64,000 bases of DNA from Eledone cirrhosa (taxonomy: Eukaryota). The stretch spans positions 16,306,001 to 16,370,000 of the forward strand of contig OZ024743.1 of NCBI GenBank assembly GCA_964016885.1, given 5' to 3'. The notes under the pieces are model-generated. The model saw only the letters and a list, made by a program, of their open reading frames with translations, ran no database searches and was not told the DNA's origin. How positions within the stretch are numbered: position 1 is the stretch's first letter; every line of letters starts with the position of its first letter. This document shows, one piece after another, positions 15,123 through 28,372 of the stretch. The position numbers and the translations under genes are program-made.

Positions 15123-15124
<2 letters not shown>

Positions 15125-15230
15125 CGAAGGAAGGGTGGTAAGGAACCAGGTGGACCATAACGCACCAGAGTACTCAATACTTTGCGTAGTAGAGTGGGTA
15201 ATAGATAAAGATTCAGGACCCCGACGGCAG
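15123..15230 (-). mobile_element. PLE family A-like pLTR tail
   Basis: AACGAAGGAAGGGTGGTAAGGAACCAGGTGGACCATAACGCACC...GACCCCGACGGC abutting (TA)n. Confidence 0.8.
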
Positions 15231-15367
15231 ATCTACCCAAACCAAAGAGTTAGTGTGTTTTGTTATTATTTATGGCAATATTACAATATTATAATAATAT
15301 GACCCTCCCCAAGTATAAGAATATTTGTTTCGACACACGATTTCATATGAAAAACCTTGCAAAACAA

Positions 15368-15407
<40 letters not shown>

Positions 15408-15434
15408 CGTGTGTGTATGCATGTATACATTAAT

Positions 15435-15610
15435 AATTGTTTCTACTTTTTTGGCACAAGGCCAGCAATTACTCAGTGTATAACTGGTACTTTATTTTAT
15501 CGACCTCGTAATGATGAAAGGCAAAGTTAACCTCCGCGGGATTTGAAATCAAAATGGCAAGGGCTGTAACTCAATGCGTCCGACCCTCTACCGATACTGC
15601 CAATCCACCG
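15435..15610 (-). mobile_element. tRNA-derived SINE (Nin/Deu-like core)
   Basis: A-box TGGCAGTATCGG, degenerate B-box, and core GCCTTTCAT..GTCGATAAAATAAAGTACCAG. ATGTATACATTAATAAT is repeated on both flanks (TSD-like). Confidence 0.8.
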
Positions 15611-15723
15611 ATAATGTATGTATACATTAATAATATTATTCAAAAACGCAAACCACGTCTGAACAAATCCTAACGAGAAACTATCCAAACACACAGGTAA
15701 CGTACTTGTTCATTTTGCTGACA

Positions 15724-15915
15724 GGGGCGGTGGATTGGCAGTATCGGTAGAGGGTCAGACGCCATGCTTTGCAGCACAGTTACGTCCCTTTACGGACTGA
15801 GTTCAAAACCCGCCGAGGTTAACTTTGCCTTTCATCCTTAAGGGGTCGATAAAATAAAGTACCAGTAATACACTGGGATAATTGCTGGCCTTGTGCCAAA
15901 AGTAGAAACAATTAT
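15724..15915 (+). mobile_element. tRNA-derived SINE, same family
   Basis: GGGGCGGTGGATTGGCAGTATCGG...GAGTTCAAAACCC...GCCTTTCATCCTTAAGGGGTCGATAAAATAAAGTACCAG...GTAGAAACAATTATT. Confidence 0.85.
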
Positions 15916-16368
15916 TATTTTATTTTATATTTTCTTAATTATTGTCACATAACCCATCCTATCCCGATGTAGCAGGAAACTAAACAAAGACTATTTCTAC
16001 AGACACACACACCACACAGTAAGTATATTTGGAGTTTGTCACAAACAATTATAGAGAATGAATTTAATATTTAACACATTAAAATAGATATGATTTCCGT
16101 TTAAAATCGTCACGAGCCACGTTCACTGACACATGGCACTCACAATTACTGGCGCAAAATAGACAAGAAAGAAGTAAGTCTATTCTCAATCATGTAATCA
16201 TTATCCGTAGGCGTCATTGGGGCAATTATGTACCACAACTTGGTGGTTGGTGTTTAGCCACTACGGAATCAAGGTAACTAGTGAATCGAGGTGTTATATG
16301 AAGATTAGTAGAGCTATCTAAGGGAAGTTGAGGGGCTTGGATTCCATAAGAATAAATGATCAGTGTAT

Positions 16369-16791
<423 letters not shown>

Positions 16792-16801
16792 CATATATAT
16801 T

Positions 16802-17354
16802 TGTGTGCATGTATGTATGTATATACATATTACTGTATGTCTGTATACATATAAGTATGTACGTATACATACTTACATTTAAGTATCAGCCGTACTAAGA
16901 GTGAGAAATGAAATTTCATTTTCTCCATTTATCGTTTTCGGCACGCCCGGCCGTCTAACTCACTCGATATGCAAATTAGGCAGCTCAGCCGTTAATATGC
17001 ATAAGGAAAGTATATACTTTCAAACGTTCAAACAACTGTCAGGAAGGTATACGGGCTGATGACAGCTAATAAGCTAGAAGCAAGTTCATCAGTCCTTTGT
17101 CAGTGTTGAACAAATAGGGCAGCGATGGTTGCCGAACACTGTACGGCTAATACTTCGGGCAGTTTGTTTACAAACAAACCGAGCATTATAGTAATTGTTC
17201 GGTAAATCCATACGTACATATATATATATATGCGTGCATGTATGTATGTATATACATACTACTGTACGTCTGTATACATATATGTATGTACGTATATATA
17301 CTTACATTTAAGTATCAGCCGCACTAAGGGTGAGAAATGAAATTTCATTTTTTC

Positions 17355-17355
<1 letters not shown>
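16802..17355 (+). mobile_element. Retrozyme-like ~425-bp unit (about 1.3 tandem copies) with degenerate HHR at 17051-17095
   Basis: ~125-bp direct repeat (16802-16926, 17231-17355) and CUGAUGA CAGCU AAUA AGCUA GAAG. Homologous to 51280-52017. Confidence 0.65.
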
Positions 17356-17409
<54 letters not shown>

Positions 17410-17444
17410 GAAGGGGAAGTAAGGTTCTATACAAAACAGTGGTT

Positions 17445-17790
17445 ATAGAGAAAAGGTGAAATTGGAAATAGCACGGAAAATATATTTACGTGTCTGGGTT
17501 TTTGTTTTCTGTCTTTGATTCGTCAAAATGACATTATTGGAAACATGAGTTTTATCATGTATATGAAGTATTACCTGTTTTGATGTATTAGTAAAATTCA
17601 TCTCATCAAATGTTGAGTATTACAATTAAAAATAATTAAAACTAAAAATTAAAATGTAAAATTAAGTGTTGAGGCAAGGTTTTTTCTCATTTTCCTTGCT
17701 GAGAAGGAGATTGGAAAAATGAACTCTTGTGTATATAGAGAGAGGTGTGTAGTCATGTTATTCGCCGCAGCAGTGGTGGTAGTTTCAATT
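17445..17790 (+). repeat. Diverged ~350-bp duplication, copy 1
   Basis: Colinear with 21170-21540 (AAGGTGAAATTGGAAATAG...GATGTATTAGTAAAATTC...AAAATTAAGTGTTGAGG...AACTCTTGTGTATATA). Confidence 0.85.
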
Positions 17791-17993
17791 GTGTTAGTGG
17801 ACTGGTCAAGGTGGGCGTAGCGAAGAGGGGAATCGTAAGCTAGAGACACATTTTATGGGGATGGCAACAGTAGCGTTGTAAATGAAATTCTATTTTTTGA
17901 ATTTGGTTTTTCACAGTGCGAGAGTGTACGTGTGAGAGTGTATATATAGAAATGCACTCATATGTGGGTGTGAGCGCGTTACAGCCTGACTGT

Positions 17994-18046
<53 letters not shown>

Positions 18047-18081
18047 ACACACAGACACACAGACATACATACCCCCCCCCC

Positions 18082-18121
<40 letters not shown>

Positions 18122-18836
18122 CTACGTTTAGAAACGTTGTGTGACGTACACATTTCGAATATACTGAGTTACTTTAATTTAACAATTTTATTGCATGAAC
18201 CTTTTCTCACATATGCCCATATGTTATATGCCGTGCGGCTGTTTACCGTTCAGTTCTTACGTATGCCACTTTAATCGTTGTTCCGTCTACAGAATTTATT
18301 AAATTATGTTTCATAATAAAAAAAAAAGAACGTGCGTTGTAGCAGATAACTCTAATTTAACTTAATATGCATCATTCGTAATTCGTTTAAAACTTCTAAA
18401 AGATGGTTTATTTAGATTTCTTGCTGATTGATAATACTCTATAATGGAAAATAAAGGTGATAGTACTCTATATAAAAAAAAAGGTGAAAGAGTGATTTGC
18501 TCCATTTGGGTGTAATTGTAGCACAGCAGTAGTATACGACAGGTGTACGTTCACGTCCCTCATGTTACGCTGTCTTCTTATCTCGGTATTCAGTGGATTA
18601 TTTGCCTAATTCATAGAGTGTTTCTTACTCAAGGAGACAACTTATCACCCGGTCTGGGAATCCAACTAGCAGCAACACTATTTTAGGTAAAACATTCTAC
18701 CTACTAAGTCACATATATATAGAGTCTGCGATGTTGTTAAGACACACAGTAGGTAAGTTGAAGAGGTAAACACCCAACTGAGCAACCTGCAGTTTCGGCT
18801 TGTTATATCGCAGGATTGTGTATGTATATACTAGTG

Positions 18837-18982
18837 CAGCGGTCGCCAACCAGTGATCCGCGAGGAAATGTTGCTGGACCTCAGAAAAATCTTAATGTAT
18901 TTATCTTTGTAAATAAAAATATTTTTTGTGGTCTGAGGGATAAAATTAGGATTTCAGTGATCCGAAATGTTGGCGACCGCTT
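18837..18982. mobile_element. hAT (Charlie-like) MITE
   Basis: TIRs CAGCGGTCGCCAAC / GTTGGCGACCGCTT, with an imperfect 8-bp TSD TACTAGTG/TACTAATC. Confidence 0.75.
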
Positions 18983-19170
18983 TACTAATCTGTACATGTG
19001 TATGCATATGCCTCTGCATTCAGGTGGGTGTATTTATATGTGTTTGGGTGCATTCTTATGTACACGTGTATGTGTGCAGAGTTGTCAGAAAGTGTGCACA
19101 TTTGTAAGGTTTCTTAGGTTTATTCGCATGTGTATAAATACACCTATATTTAAGTAGATATACACGCGTG

Positions 19171-19221
<51 letters not shown>

Positions 19222-20344
19222 TAGATATGTATATAAAGGAAGCTATAACCCTTCTTTTTACCCGCTCTGTTTCATGTATAGAGTAGTACACCTTTCTGGT
19301 CTCAACGCTCTTCGTGTCACCGGCACTTCAAAGATATGTATAAATGTGTGTGTGTGTGTGTGTGTGTGTGAGTGTGTGTGTCTGTTAGTCAGTACACATT
19401 TCTTGTGGTATTCAGTCAGTACGCTTAGATCGAATGATTCGATAACAAAATGTCGATAACAAGAGTAACTGCAAAAGGAATTTGGTTGATATAATTGAAT
19501 TAAATTATTGGTGCTAGTGACTTTTCATAGTCAAAGTCTAATGTCTGAAACCAGTAAGAGAGTAGAAATAGAAATATGAGTCTATTCCATGGTGTAACTA
19601 AATGCAGCTGCTTTTAGGAAATCCAATAGGTTGCGTTGAACAACCTCATGTTGAATAAACTGATATGAACATATCGAAACCCAGCTGAAGCGGACTTATT
19701 GACCTGCTCAATAAAATATCGCATGAGGTTTAGTCTTTCGTGGCTGAATCTGCCGAATATTACCTATTTCTCTATTTCTCTATTCCTTAGACCAGGATGT
19801 CAACCAGAAGCTCAGATCTTTCGACGAACACCTGTTTGAAATCCGTAACTCTGTGTTGAACAGAATTATGTCCCTGAACCTGTTAGTATAAGCCCCATTG
19901 CACGAATAGAAATATAAGTGATTTCGTCAGCGCATGTCTATAATTCTACGGTAACCAATAAGGATTTTTATGGCAATATTAATAGGTATATTTTACTGAC
20001 TAGGTATATTTTACTGCCATTGAAAGTGTTAGTGCCCCGGGTGAGGAAGAAAAAAAATTGAAAATCACTCAGTAAAATCACACATTTTTACTTTTTAATA
20101 ACAAAAAAATTTGTAGAAATAAGTTACTTAGACATTACAAAATTAATTTCCCTGTTATTGACAACTTACTCACAAACAACAATCAGAACAAACAGACAAA
20201 TATTCAATGATTATCAAATGAAGAACAATTATACGATTTGTTTTCAATCAATGCCAACTAATATATTAATACTTTTACTAATCAAATAAACATAAAATAC
20301 TATTGTATTTATTTCTCGATAATTTATCGGCATTATGTCTAAAA

Positions 20345-20525
20345 ATTGGCAGTATCGGTAGAGAGTCGGACGCTATGCTTTGACGCATAGAGTTACGGCC
20401 CTTGCCATTCTGAGTTCAAATCCCGCCGAGGTTAACTTTGCCTTTCATCCTTACGGGTCAATAAAAAAAAGTACCAGTAATGTACTGAGTAACTGCTAGT
20501 CTTGTGCCAATAGTAGAAACAATTA
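20345..20525 (+). mobile_element. tRNA-derived SINE, same family
   Basis: TGGCAGTATCGG, GAGTTCAAATCCC, core, and GTAGAAACAATTAT end. Confidence 0.85.
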
Positions 20526-21122
20526 TGTCTAATGAAGAAATTATGTATTTCCTTACACAATATTTTAGATGGGAAGAACAAGATATATTTATGAATCCTC
20601 ATATATACATTGGAAGTTCAGCCCAAAACCCTAAATATATTAGGGTCGCATAAATATGATATTTTGATTTCATATATTCACTTCTAAATATTCTTCAAGG
20701 TCAATTTGAACTCTGCATTTCACTGGTAGCTGAAAATATTACATTTTAATAAATCATTCTGACAAAGGCTAAACCATGCCGACAAAGGCTAAGTTATTTT
20801 TCCACAATTAAACAAAATGCCTAGGCGTTTTGGTGTTAATTTGGTTGTATTATCTAAGATGTTTCAATAAAGGCTCATGGAAGGTTGTGAGTGCTGACAT
20901 TTGTACAGAGATTGTAGTGAGATTTATGTTCATAAATAAGGAAGATTGACATTGAATTATGTCCTGTTTCTTAAAAGATTATTCTATCATGCATTTAATG
21001 GAGGCTTTAAACTTTTTTCCTTTATGGAACTATTCAAAACATAGTGCTTTATGTTCAAGTGCTAAATGATACAAACACTCACACACAAACACACACTCAC
21101 CCACGCACACACAAACATATAT

Positions 21123-21169
<47 letters not shown>

Positions 21170-21175
<6 letters not shown>

Positions 21176-21540
21176 GGTGAAATTGGAAATAGTAGGGAAA
21201 ATATATGTAATGGTGTCTGTTTTTCTTTCCTTTTTTCCTTCTTTGATTTGTCAAAGTGATATTATTGAAAAAATGAGAGGGTCAATTCTTTAAAAAAATA
21301 GTTTTATAATGTATAAAAAGTATAACCGGTTTCGATGTATTAGTAAAATTCCTATTATCAAATGTTGAGTATGACAATTAAAAAGTATTAATAAGAATTA
21401 AAACTAAAAATTAAACAATTAAAATTAAGTGTTGAGGAAAGTTTGTTTCATCTTCCTGTATGAGAAGTAGACTGGAAAAATAAACTCTTGTGTATATATA
21501 GAGAGGTGTAGTCATGGTAGTAGCAACAGCTGTGGTGGTA
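21170..21540 (+). repeat. Diverged ~350-bp duplication, copy 2
   Basis: Colinear with 17445-17790. Confidence 0.85.
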
Positions 21541-22912
21541 GGTGTTTTTTTTTCTACGTAACCCTGTTATGTAATTCTGTCGAAGTTACCTGTCAATAAT
21601 GGCGTTACATGCTGAGTGAAATAAGGTACATGTCTTCAGTGATGGGCAATACACTATTGATTTGCTGTTGGTTGAAAGAAATTAGAGAACGGAAAGACTA
21701 CAGAAGATTAGAAAAATGAATGCTATATACATACTGACAGGAAAACTTTGTTGTTGAAATCCAGATAAGAGACGTATGATGAAATATAATGTCTAAGTTT
21801 GGAGTAATGTCTCAGTTATTTTAAGAATATAATATACTGAACAGAAAACTACGAGAAAGCATAAATCCAATATAGATTTGTTCAAAATAGAATGTGAGAA
21901 GTGAAGAGACAGGATTTTCGTGACTCATTGTGGATACGTAGGAAGGTTTGCATAAAACTATAAGCATAGCTAAGTAAAATAAACAAAAACAAAATAAATT
22001 AATTAGAAATAAACGACATGGGTTATGGAATGTATTACTAATCAAATGTGTTATATAATGAATAAACAATAAAAATAAAAATAAAAATAAAGTAAAAATT
22101 GGCGTTGGTGTTGAACTACAAGAGAAATACAAAATTCTTGAAATTAGATAAAAATGGATCCAATTTCTTTGTATTTACTCATCCCTTCATCATATAGAAA
22201 ACATACACCTAGACATCAATACCCAAACCTTTTCAAATCATAACCTTTTGTCTTAAACACAGAATTATAAACATGATGATGTTGTCCTAGATAGACAATG
22301 TTTAATGTAGACAGGATGATTTGATTGATAGGAGCTTGGAATAATATATTAATTATTACTGTCAAAGTTTTGAATTAATAAAACATAAGAGGTAATGCAA
22401 ACTGACATCCATCGTGTTCTCATGATTATTGAACAATAAATGTAACCACTTAGCCATCTTGCTTTTACATGTATCTATGTAAGTAACACATATTTCATGG
22501 TAGAATAGATAGAATAAAATAGAAGAAAATCTCGGTGTTTGCATATTCAATTTCTTGAGTAAGTATTTTTACACTTCGATGCATTTTGTCACAAATCAAA
22601 CAGCCGTAAAGCTGGAGCGGTTGAGCTATATCTATTTTCATCAATGTTTGTCTGAACAAACAATCGTTATTGTATCATGCCTAGAGGAAGTATAGAATGG
22701 CTGTTGCAAATAGTTTAAACTCATGACACTGTCTGTGACCTTGAACTTTAACTCCAGAGATATTTAGGGGCAGGAAATAGACAGAATCAATAAACAAAGA
22801 TTTTCGCTTAGAAACCGATTTATTATTATTACATGTATCTTTTTAATTTCTCCTATAACAGAAACTCTTCACTAAATTATTCATGTATATAAATATATAT
22901 ATATATATAAAA

Positions 22913-22994
<82 letters not shown>

Positions 22995-23009
22995 TATATA
23001 CATACATAT

Positions 23010-23064
<55 letters not shown>

Positions 23065-23069
<5 letters not shown>

Positions 23070-23648
23070 ACAAAGGAATTCGCTTCATGAATAGCTTTAT
23101 ACAATTTCGTATCTCCAAAGGAATATGGTTTTAGGAAGCCGTAACTATGCAAACACCGAGGAGCTAACGCCCTCTGGTGATGTCCAGCAGAAGTAAGGGG
23201 GACAACCATCTATGCATTTCAGGCTTAACTGGCCATCGTCAGGACGGTCCCTCCCTCCTCTTGCGACTGCCGGACTAGAAGACAGGCGAGAATATATACT
23301 TTTATCGTCTGTGAAAATGAGGTGATTAATCTCACTTGCATATGAAGCTGCATAAGTTTGCTCAACTTATAATAAAAAAAGAAATAGGATTTCGCTTCAA
23401 TCATAGCTTTATATAATTTATACAATGCACAGACGAGAAAAGTATATATTCTCGCCTCTCTTCTTGTCCAGCAGTTGCAAGAGGTGGGAGGGACCGTCCT
23501 GACGATCGCCAGTTAAGCCTGAAATGCATAGACGGTTGTCCCCGTTGCTTCTGCTGGACATCATCAGAGGGCGTTAGCCCCCCGGTGTTTGCAGAGCTAC
23601 GGCTTCCTAAAACCGTATTTCTTTGGAGATACGAAATATTTATACAAT
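23065..23648. mobile_element. Fold-back PLE-type element (family D), ~220-bp inverted arms, each with an HHR
   Basis: Arms are about 23095-23315 and 23425-23645. HHRs at 23205-23248 (-) and 23493-23536 (+). (TA)n on both sides. Confidence 0.8.
23493..23536 (+). ncRNA. Minimal type-I hammerhead ribozyme (mirror copy 23205-23248, minus strand)
   Basis: ACCGUC CUGACGA UCGCCAGUUAAGCCU GAA AUGCAU A GACGGU: 6-bp stem I, palindromic stem III, AUA site. Confidence 0.85.
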
Positions 23649-23668
23649 ATATATATATATATATGTAC

Positions 23669-23702
<34 letters not shown>

Positions 23703-23988
23703 ATATATATGCATGTGTGTGTGTGTGTGTGTGTATATATGCGTGTGTGTGTGTATGTATGTATATTATAATGTGAAGGTCAAATGAGGATATTCATAAT
23801 CGGAATAAAGGAATAATGAATATCCACATCTGACCTCCACAAGTATCAGTATTGTACATATACACCATCATTGACTAGAAAATCATAGTTGGGGGAATAC
23901 ACACGCTGTCCCGTTCTTAACCCTAATTGCATCGTGGTTCATTTTTTGTTGGATGGCAAACACAACACTGATTAGTCAAAAGGTTTAA

Positions 23989-24044
<56 letters not shown>

Positions 24045-24046
<2 letters not shown>

Positions 24047-25488
24047 AACCAGTAAGACCCCGACGGCTGAGCTCATGCCGTTTCGACGGCTAATTCTGGA
24101 CTAAATGAAAATTTATCCTGGTATTTAAATAGCCGAGCTTCTCAAGGGGTAATTCCATATATGGTCAAAGTGATTGTCACAAGGATTGGTCACAAGTTAG
24201 TAGTAATTCTGTGATGGCAAATTAGTGGGGGAAGGGGTAGCTAAACCTGCCAGTAGGAGAAAAAGAGGAGGGTGTGGAGTAGACCCAGTCATGCGTTGGT
24301 AGTGCTGTCTACAGCTGGGCGTGAGGTCAAAAAAGATACTAGGGGGGGGGGGGGGGGAAGTCGAAACGGTAAGTAGAACAAAGAAGGGTAAAAATATATT
24401 AAAAAAAAAATACTGAGAGTGATAAAAAGCGAATAAATGTAAAGAAAAAAATAAGCAATTTCTACGACCTAAGTCTCTCGCTATTGCTAGGCTAAAGAAA
24501 TGAATAAATAAATAAATACATTTCTTTTGGGCGGGTTGGATTCTGATTTAATTTTCCGTATTTTACTTTTACTTCGTACGAACTTTCATGTAGCTTGTAT
24601 AAGAACTTTTGTAGCGTCGCGGTACCCTTAGAGTTAGCATTAGTATATTTTTTTCGGGACTCTGAATTATTATTTCGTACTAGTTTACTTTTCTGCACTG
24701 GGTGGTTGCTGTCCTTGTGCCTGGGGTACAAACCTTTTTGAATTATTTCGTGGTAGTTTCTTTAGTATTTTGCCCACCCCCTCCCCCCTTTGTTGACCCG
24801 TCACCGTATGATATACGTACTTATACCTCTTAAAAGGGTCCCTTCTTATACCGTCCCACCTAGTTTATTTATTTATTTATTATTATTTTTTTAATTTTTT
24901 AATTTTTTATTATCTATTTATTTATTTATTTATTTATTTATTTATTCATTTCTTCAGCCTAGAAATACCGAGAGACTTAGGTCGTAGAAATTGCTTATTT
25001 TTTTCTTTACATTTATTCGCTTTTTATCACACCCAGTATTTTTAAAAAAATATATTTTTACCCTTCTTTGTTCTACTTACCGTTTCGACTTCCTCCCCCT
25101 CCCCCTCCCTAGTATCTTCATTGACCTCACGCCCAGCTGTAGCCGGCACTACCAACGCATGAATGGGTCTAATCCACCCCTCTCCTTTTTCTCCTACTGG
25201 CAGGTTTAGCTACCCCTTCCCCCACTAATTTGCCATCACAGAATTACTACTAACTTGTGACCAATCCTTGTGACAATCACTTTGACCATATATGGAATTA
25301 CCCCTTGAGAAGCTCGGCTATTTAAATACCAGGATAAATTTTCATTTAGTCCAGAATTAGCCGTCGAAACGGCTTGAGCTCAGCCGTCGGGGTCTTGCTG
25401 GTTCCTATTACCCACTCTACTACCCTAAGTATCGAGTACTTTGGTGCGTTATGGTCCACTTGGTTCCTTACCACATTTCCTTCGTTAT
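24045..25488. mobile_element. Non-autonomous fold-back PLE family A (inverted pLTRs ~445 bp plus 3' tail)
   Basis: 24045-24490 is the reverse complement of 24958-25405. The spacer resembles the PLE 3' UTR at 40560-40830. Inserted in (TA)n. Confidence 0.88.
25300..25393 (+). ncRNA. Type-I hammerhead with U3-A8 core (mirror copy 24057-24150, minus strand)
   Basis: ACCCC UUGAGAA GCUCGGCUA...UAGCCGUC GAA ACGGCU UGAGCUC AGCCGU C GGGGU. Confidence 0.8.
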
Positions 25489-25519
25489 ATATATATATAT
25501 ATTCGAAGTCAGATTTAAT

Positions 25520-26600
25520 TGCAGTTTCTCATAGTCAAACTGGTATACCGAAGCTTAACATATCTGTCGAGATTGTAACCTCTCTTAGGGAACGGATACC
25601 TGTAAATGCTATCAATCATTTCCATGTTATTCTAAATCATTGAAAAAGGGTTCCAACACTGATGACATATATACATTGATTTAAGCGAGGCCTTTCTCAT
25701 GATTGATCACAACATCCCGTTGAAAATCTATCCAGCATTGGTGTCTTTGAAAATCCATAAAATGGATAAAGTATTTCCTGACAACATCACGACATGTTGT
25801 GGTGGAATGAATACAATCTAATTCAGCCAAGGTCAGTTGTGTGGTGCCCCACAAGACACTGTGTTGCATCTAATCCTCTTCCTTATTTATATCAATGACA
25901 TAATTGAAGTCATCAAGCACAGCAAATTAAGAATCTTTGCAGATGATTCCAAGCTCCAGAGTTCATCAATGGAGTGGGAGACAGGACATCCTTCAATTGG
26001 ATCTACTTGTTATGTGCATAAAAATGCAATATATACTGAATGAGCATAAATTCTAACTCATACCCTGACATGGCCTGCAGGATTTATTCTTGGATACTGC
26101 AGTCGAGAGATATCTACACCATTATTCTTCTCTTCCCCACTTTTGCTCGGCCGCACCTTGAATAATATTGTTCACAGTAGTCTCGAAACACGAAGGCTTT
26201 ATGAAAATTGAAGCAGCTCAAAGGTCAATGACAGAAAAAAGATTGACGTCATGAAAATCCTTGATTATTGGGATCGTCTGGAAAACCTCAAGGTCTAATT
26301 ACTCCAATAATGTCATGAACATTGTCTAAATGATGATGGTATCATATGTAAAATACACCTAAGCTTTGGGTCTCGTGCTATCCGGCTACAACAGAATCAA
26401 GCTCACCTCACATAACAACATTACATCATGATATGTTCACCTCAACTGGTTCCACACACTTAAACATCAGAGCAAAACACATAGAAAAACGAATAGATAC
26501 CTTAAAGTTTGAATTTTGAATTTCAGGATAAATACCTTACTCCCGGATATGTCTCAAAAAACAATAACTCTCTACTTGAGAGGGCCATGGTTTCCAAATC
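25520..26600 (+). pseudogene. Highly decayed CR1/L2-group LINE RT fragment
   Basis: DLSEAF..IDH, GAPQDTVLHLILFLIYINDI, KLRIFADDSKL and RPHLE motifs with many disruptions. Confidence 0.8.
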
Positions 26601-26629
26601 AAACTTTTCAAAGTTATCAAAGTTATAAA

Positions 26630-26735
26630 TGTTTCAACTTTTAGGCACAAGGCCAGCAATTACCCAGTGCATTACTGGTACTCTATTTTATCAACCCCGT
26701 AAGGATGAAAGGCAAAGTAAACCTCGGCGGGATTT
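26630..26735 (-). mobile_element. Partial tRNA-SINE
   Basis: GGCACAAGGCCAGCAATT...GGATGAAAGGCAAAG...CGGCGGGATTTG. Confidence 0.8.
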
Positions 26736-26898
26736 GCTTTGCCTGTTATAATGGCAGTTATAATGACTAATGACATGTTCATATATTTCCATATGTTTCG
26801 ATGTTATAAATCCCTGGCGATGCAATATTTGGTGGAAGCTGCAAGACATTTTTGAAAACCTCTGTTATATCAGTTTTGTGTATGTATGTATATGTATA

Positions 26899-26951
<53 letters not shown>

Positions 26952-26952
<1 letters not shown>

Positions 26953-27133
26953 ACGAAGGAGGTGTGGTAAGGAAACAAGTGGACGATAACGCACCAGAAT
27001 AATCCACACTGAGAGTAGTAGAGTGGGTAACAGGAAATTGTTCAAGACCCCGACGGCTATTTCTGGACTAAATTCAGTCTAGAAATAGACGACGAAACGT
27101 CTTGAGCTCCGCCGTCGAGGTCTTGAACAATTT
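26952..27133 (-). mobile_element. Diverged minimal fold-back PLE family A insertion
   Basis: Tail, then CAAGACCCCGACGGC, then inverted GAGCTCCGCCGTCGAGGTCTTGAACAATT. Confidence 0.75.
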
Positions 27134-28151
27134 TCTCTCTCTCAACACACAACATTAGACAGACATCTCAAAGTGAAAACTAAAAATTCGATTATTAAAG
27201 AGCTACATACAGGAGGCATAGGTAACGTGGTAAAATCAGAGAATAAGAACAATACAACCCTGGTAAACATCATTTAACTGGGCCTGTTGTGGTTTCTGCG
27301 TTTACTTCAGAAATGCATAATACACAATGCATATTATGTATCGTATTGTATGGTATAAGACCATCACAAGGGCTTCCTCAGCAGATATTATCCAACAAGA
27401 ATTTTATTGCATTTTCAGAGACTCAACGGTTGCTGCTGCTGGTAATGCATTATAGCCCAAACTGTACACAGGAAGTTGCTTTATAATAAATTACCACGGC
27501 AAACTTTAGCAGATTTCTTCATAAGATGACATGAAAAATAGATTTATAACTTGACACTCGACTAATTTATTTAGAAGTAAATAACGAGTTTATATATTCG
27601 GAACTCCTTCCCCACAAAGCTAGCCAAAAGCTAAATGAGGCGACAAATCTGGAATCGTACAATCAACTCACAATGATAGACGGAAATAATATAGTTTTTC
27701 AGACTGTAAAATATAAATTCTCTTTTAAATAGGCCATTTACAGTACGTATAGATAACGCGGTGAAATCAATTATTCTAAAGTCAACACACACAAACCAGA
27801 GATAGATGGACACTCACACAGATACATATGTATATATAATTACGAAATATTGATTTAGGGAAGTTTCGAATTTTGAATTGTGAGTGATCAAACGCTGACT
27901 TCACTATAATAGCTTCGACGCCTAACTATAAAAGTTGCGAGAATTGCTAAAATAACACTAGAGATCGAAGAGTATGGATAGAGACACATGTTAGGAAAGG
28001 AACATATATTTCGATTTGCGGGGGCCTCTGTCTCGTCTTTTTCCCATTTGGAACATTTTACCGGATTTATTCAACTATCAATTCATATCTATCTATCTGT
28101 CTGTCTGTCTATCTCTGTCCCTCACTCTCTCTCGCTCTCTCTCTCTCGGTC

Positions 28152-28269
<118 letters not shown>

Positions 28270-28372
28270 TATATACGCACACACTATATATATATGCATA
28301 TATCTATCTCTCTATCTCTCTCTATATATATGTATATACATACACACACATACATACATATATATATATATA

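Noticed and set aside
15724-15820. tRNA gene
   Set aside because: The A and B boxes belong to a SINE head, there is no cloverleaf, and it continues into the SINE core.
23540-23575. Second CUGAUGA (minus strand) in element D
   Set aside because: No GAAA follows the putative stem II, and the mirror copy reads CUGGUGA.
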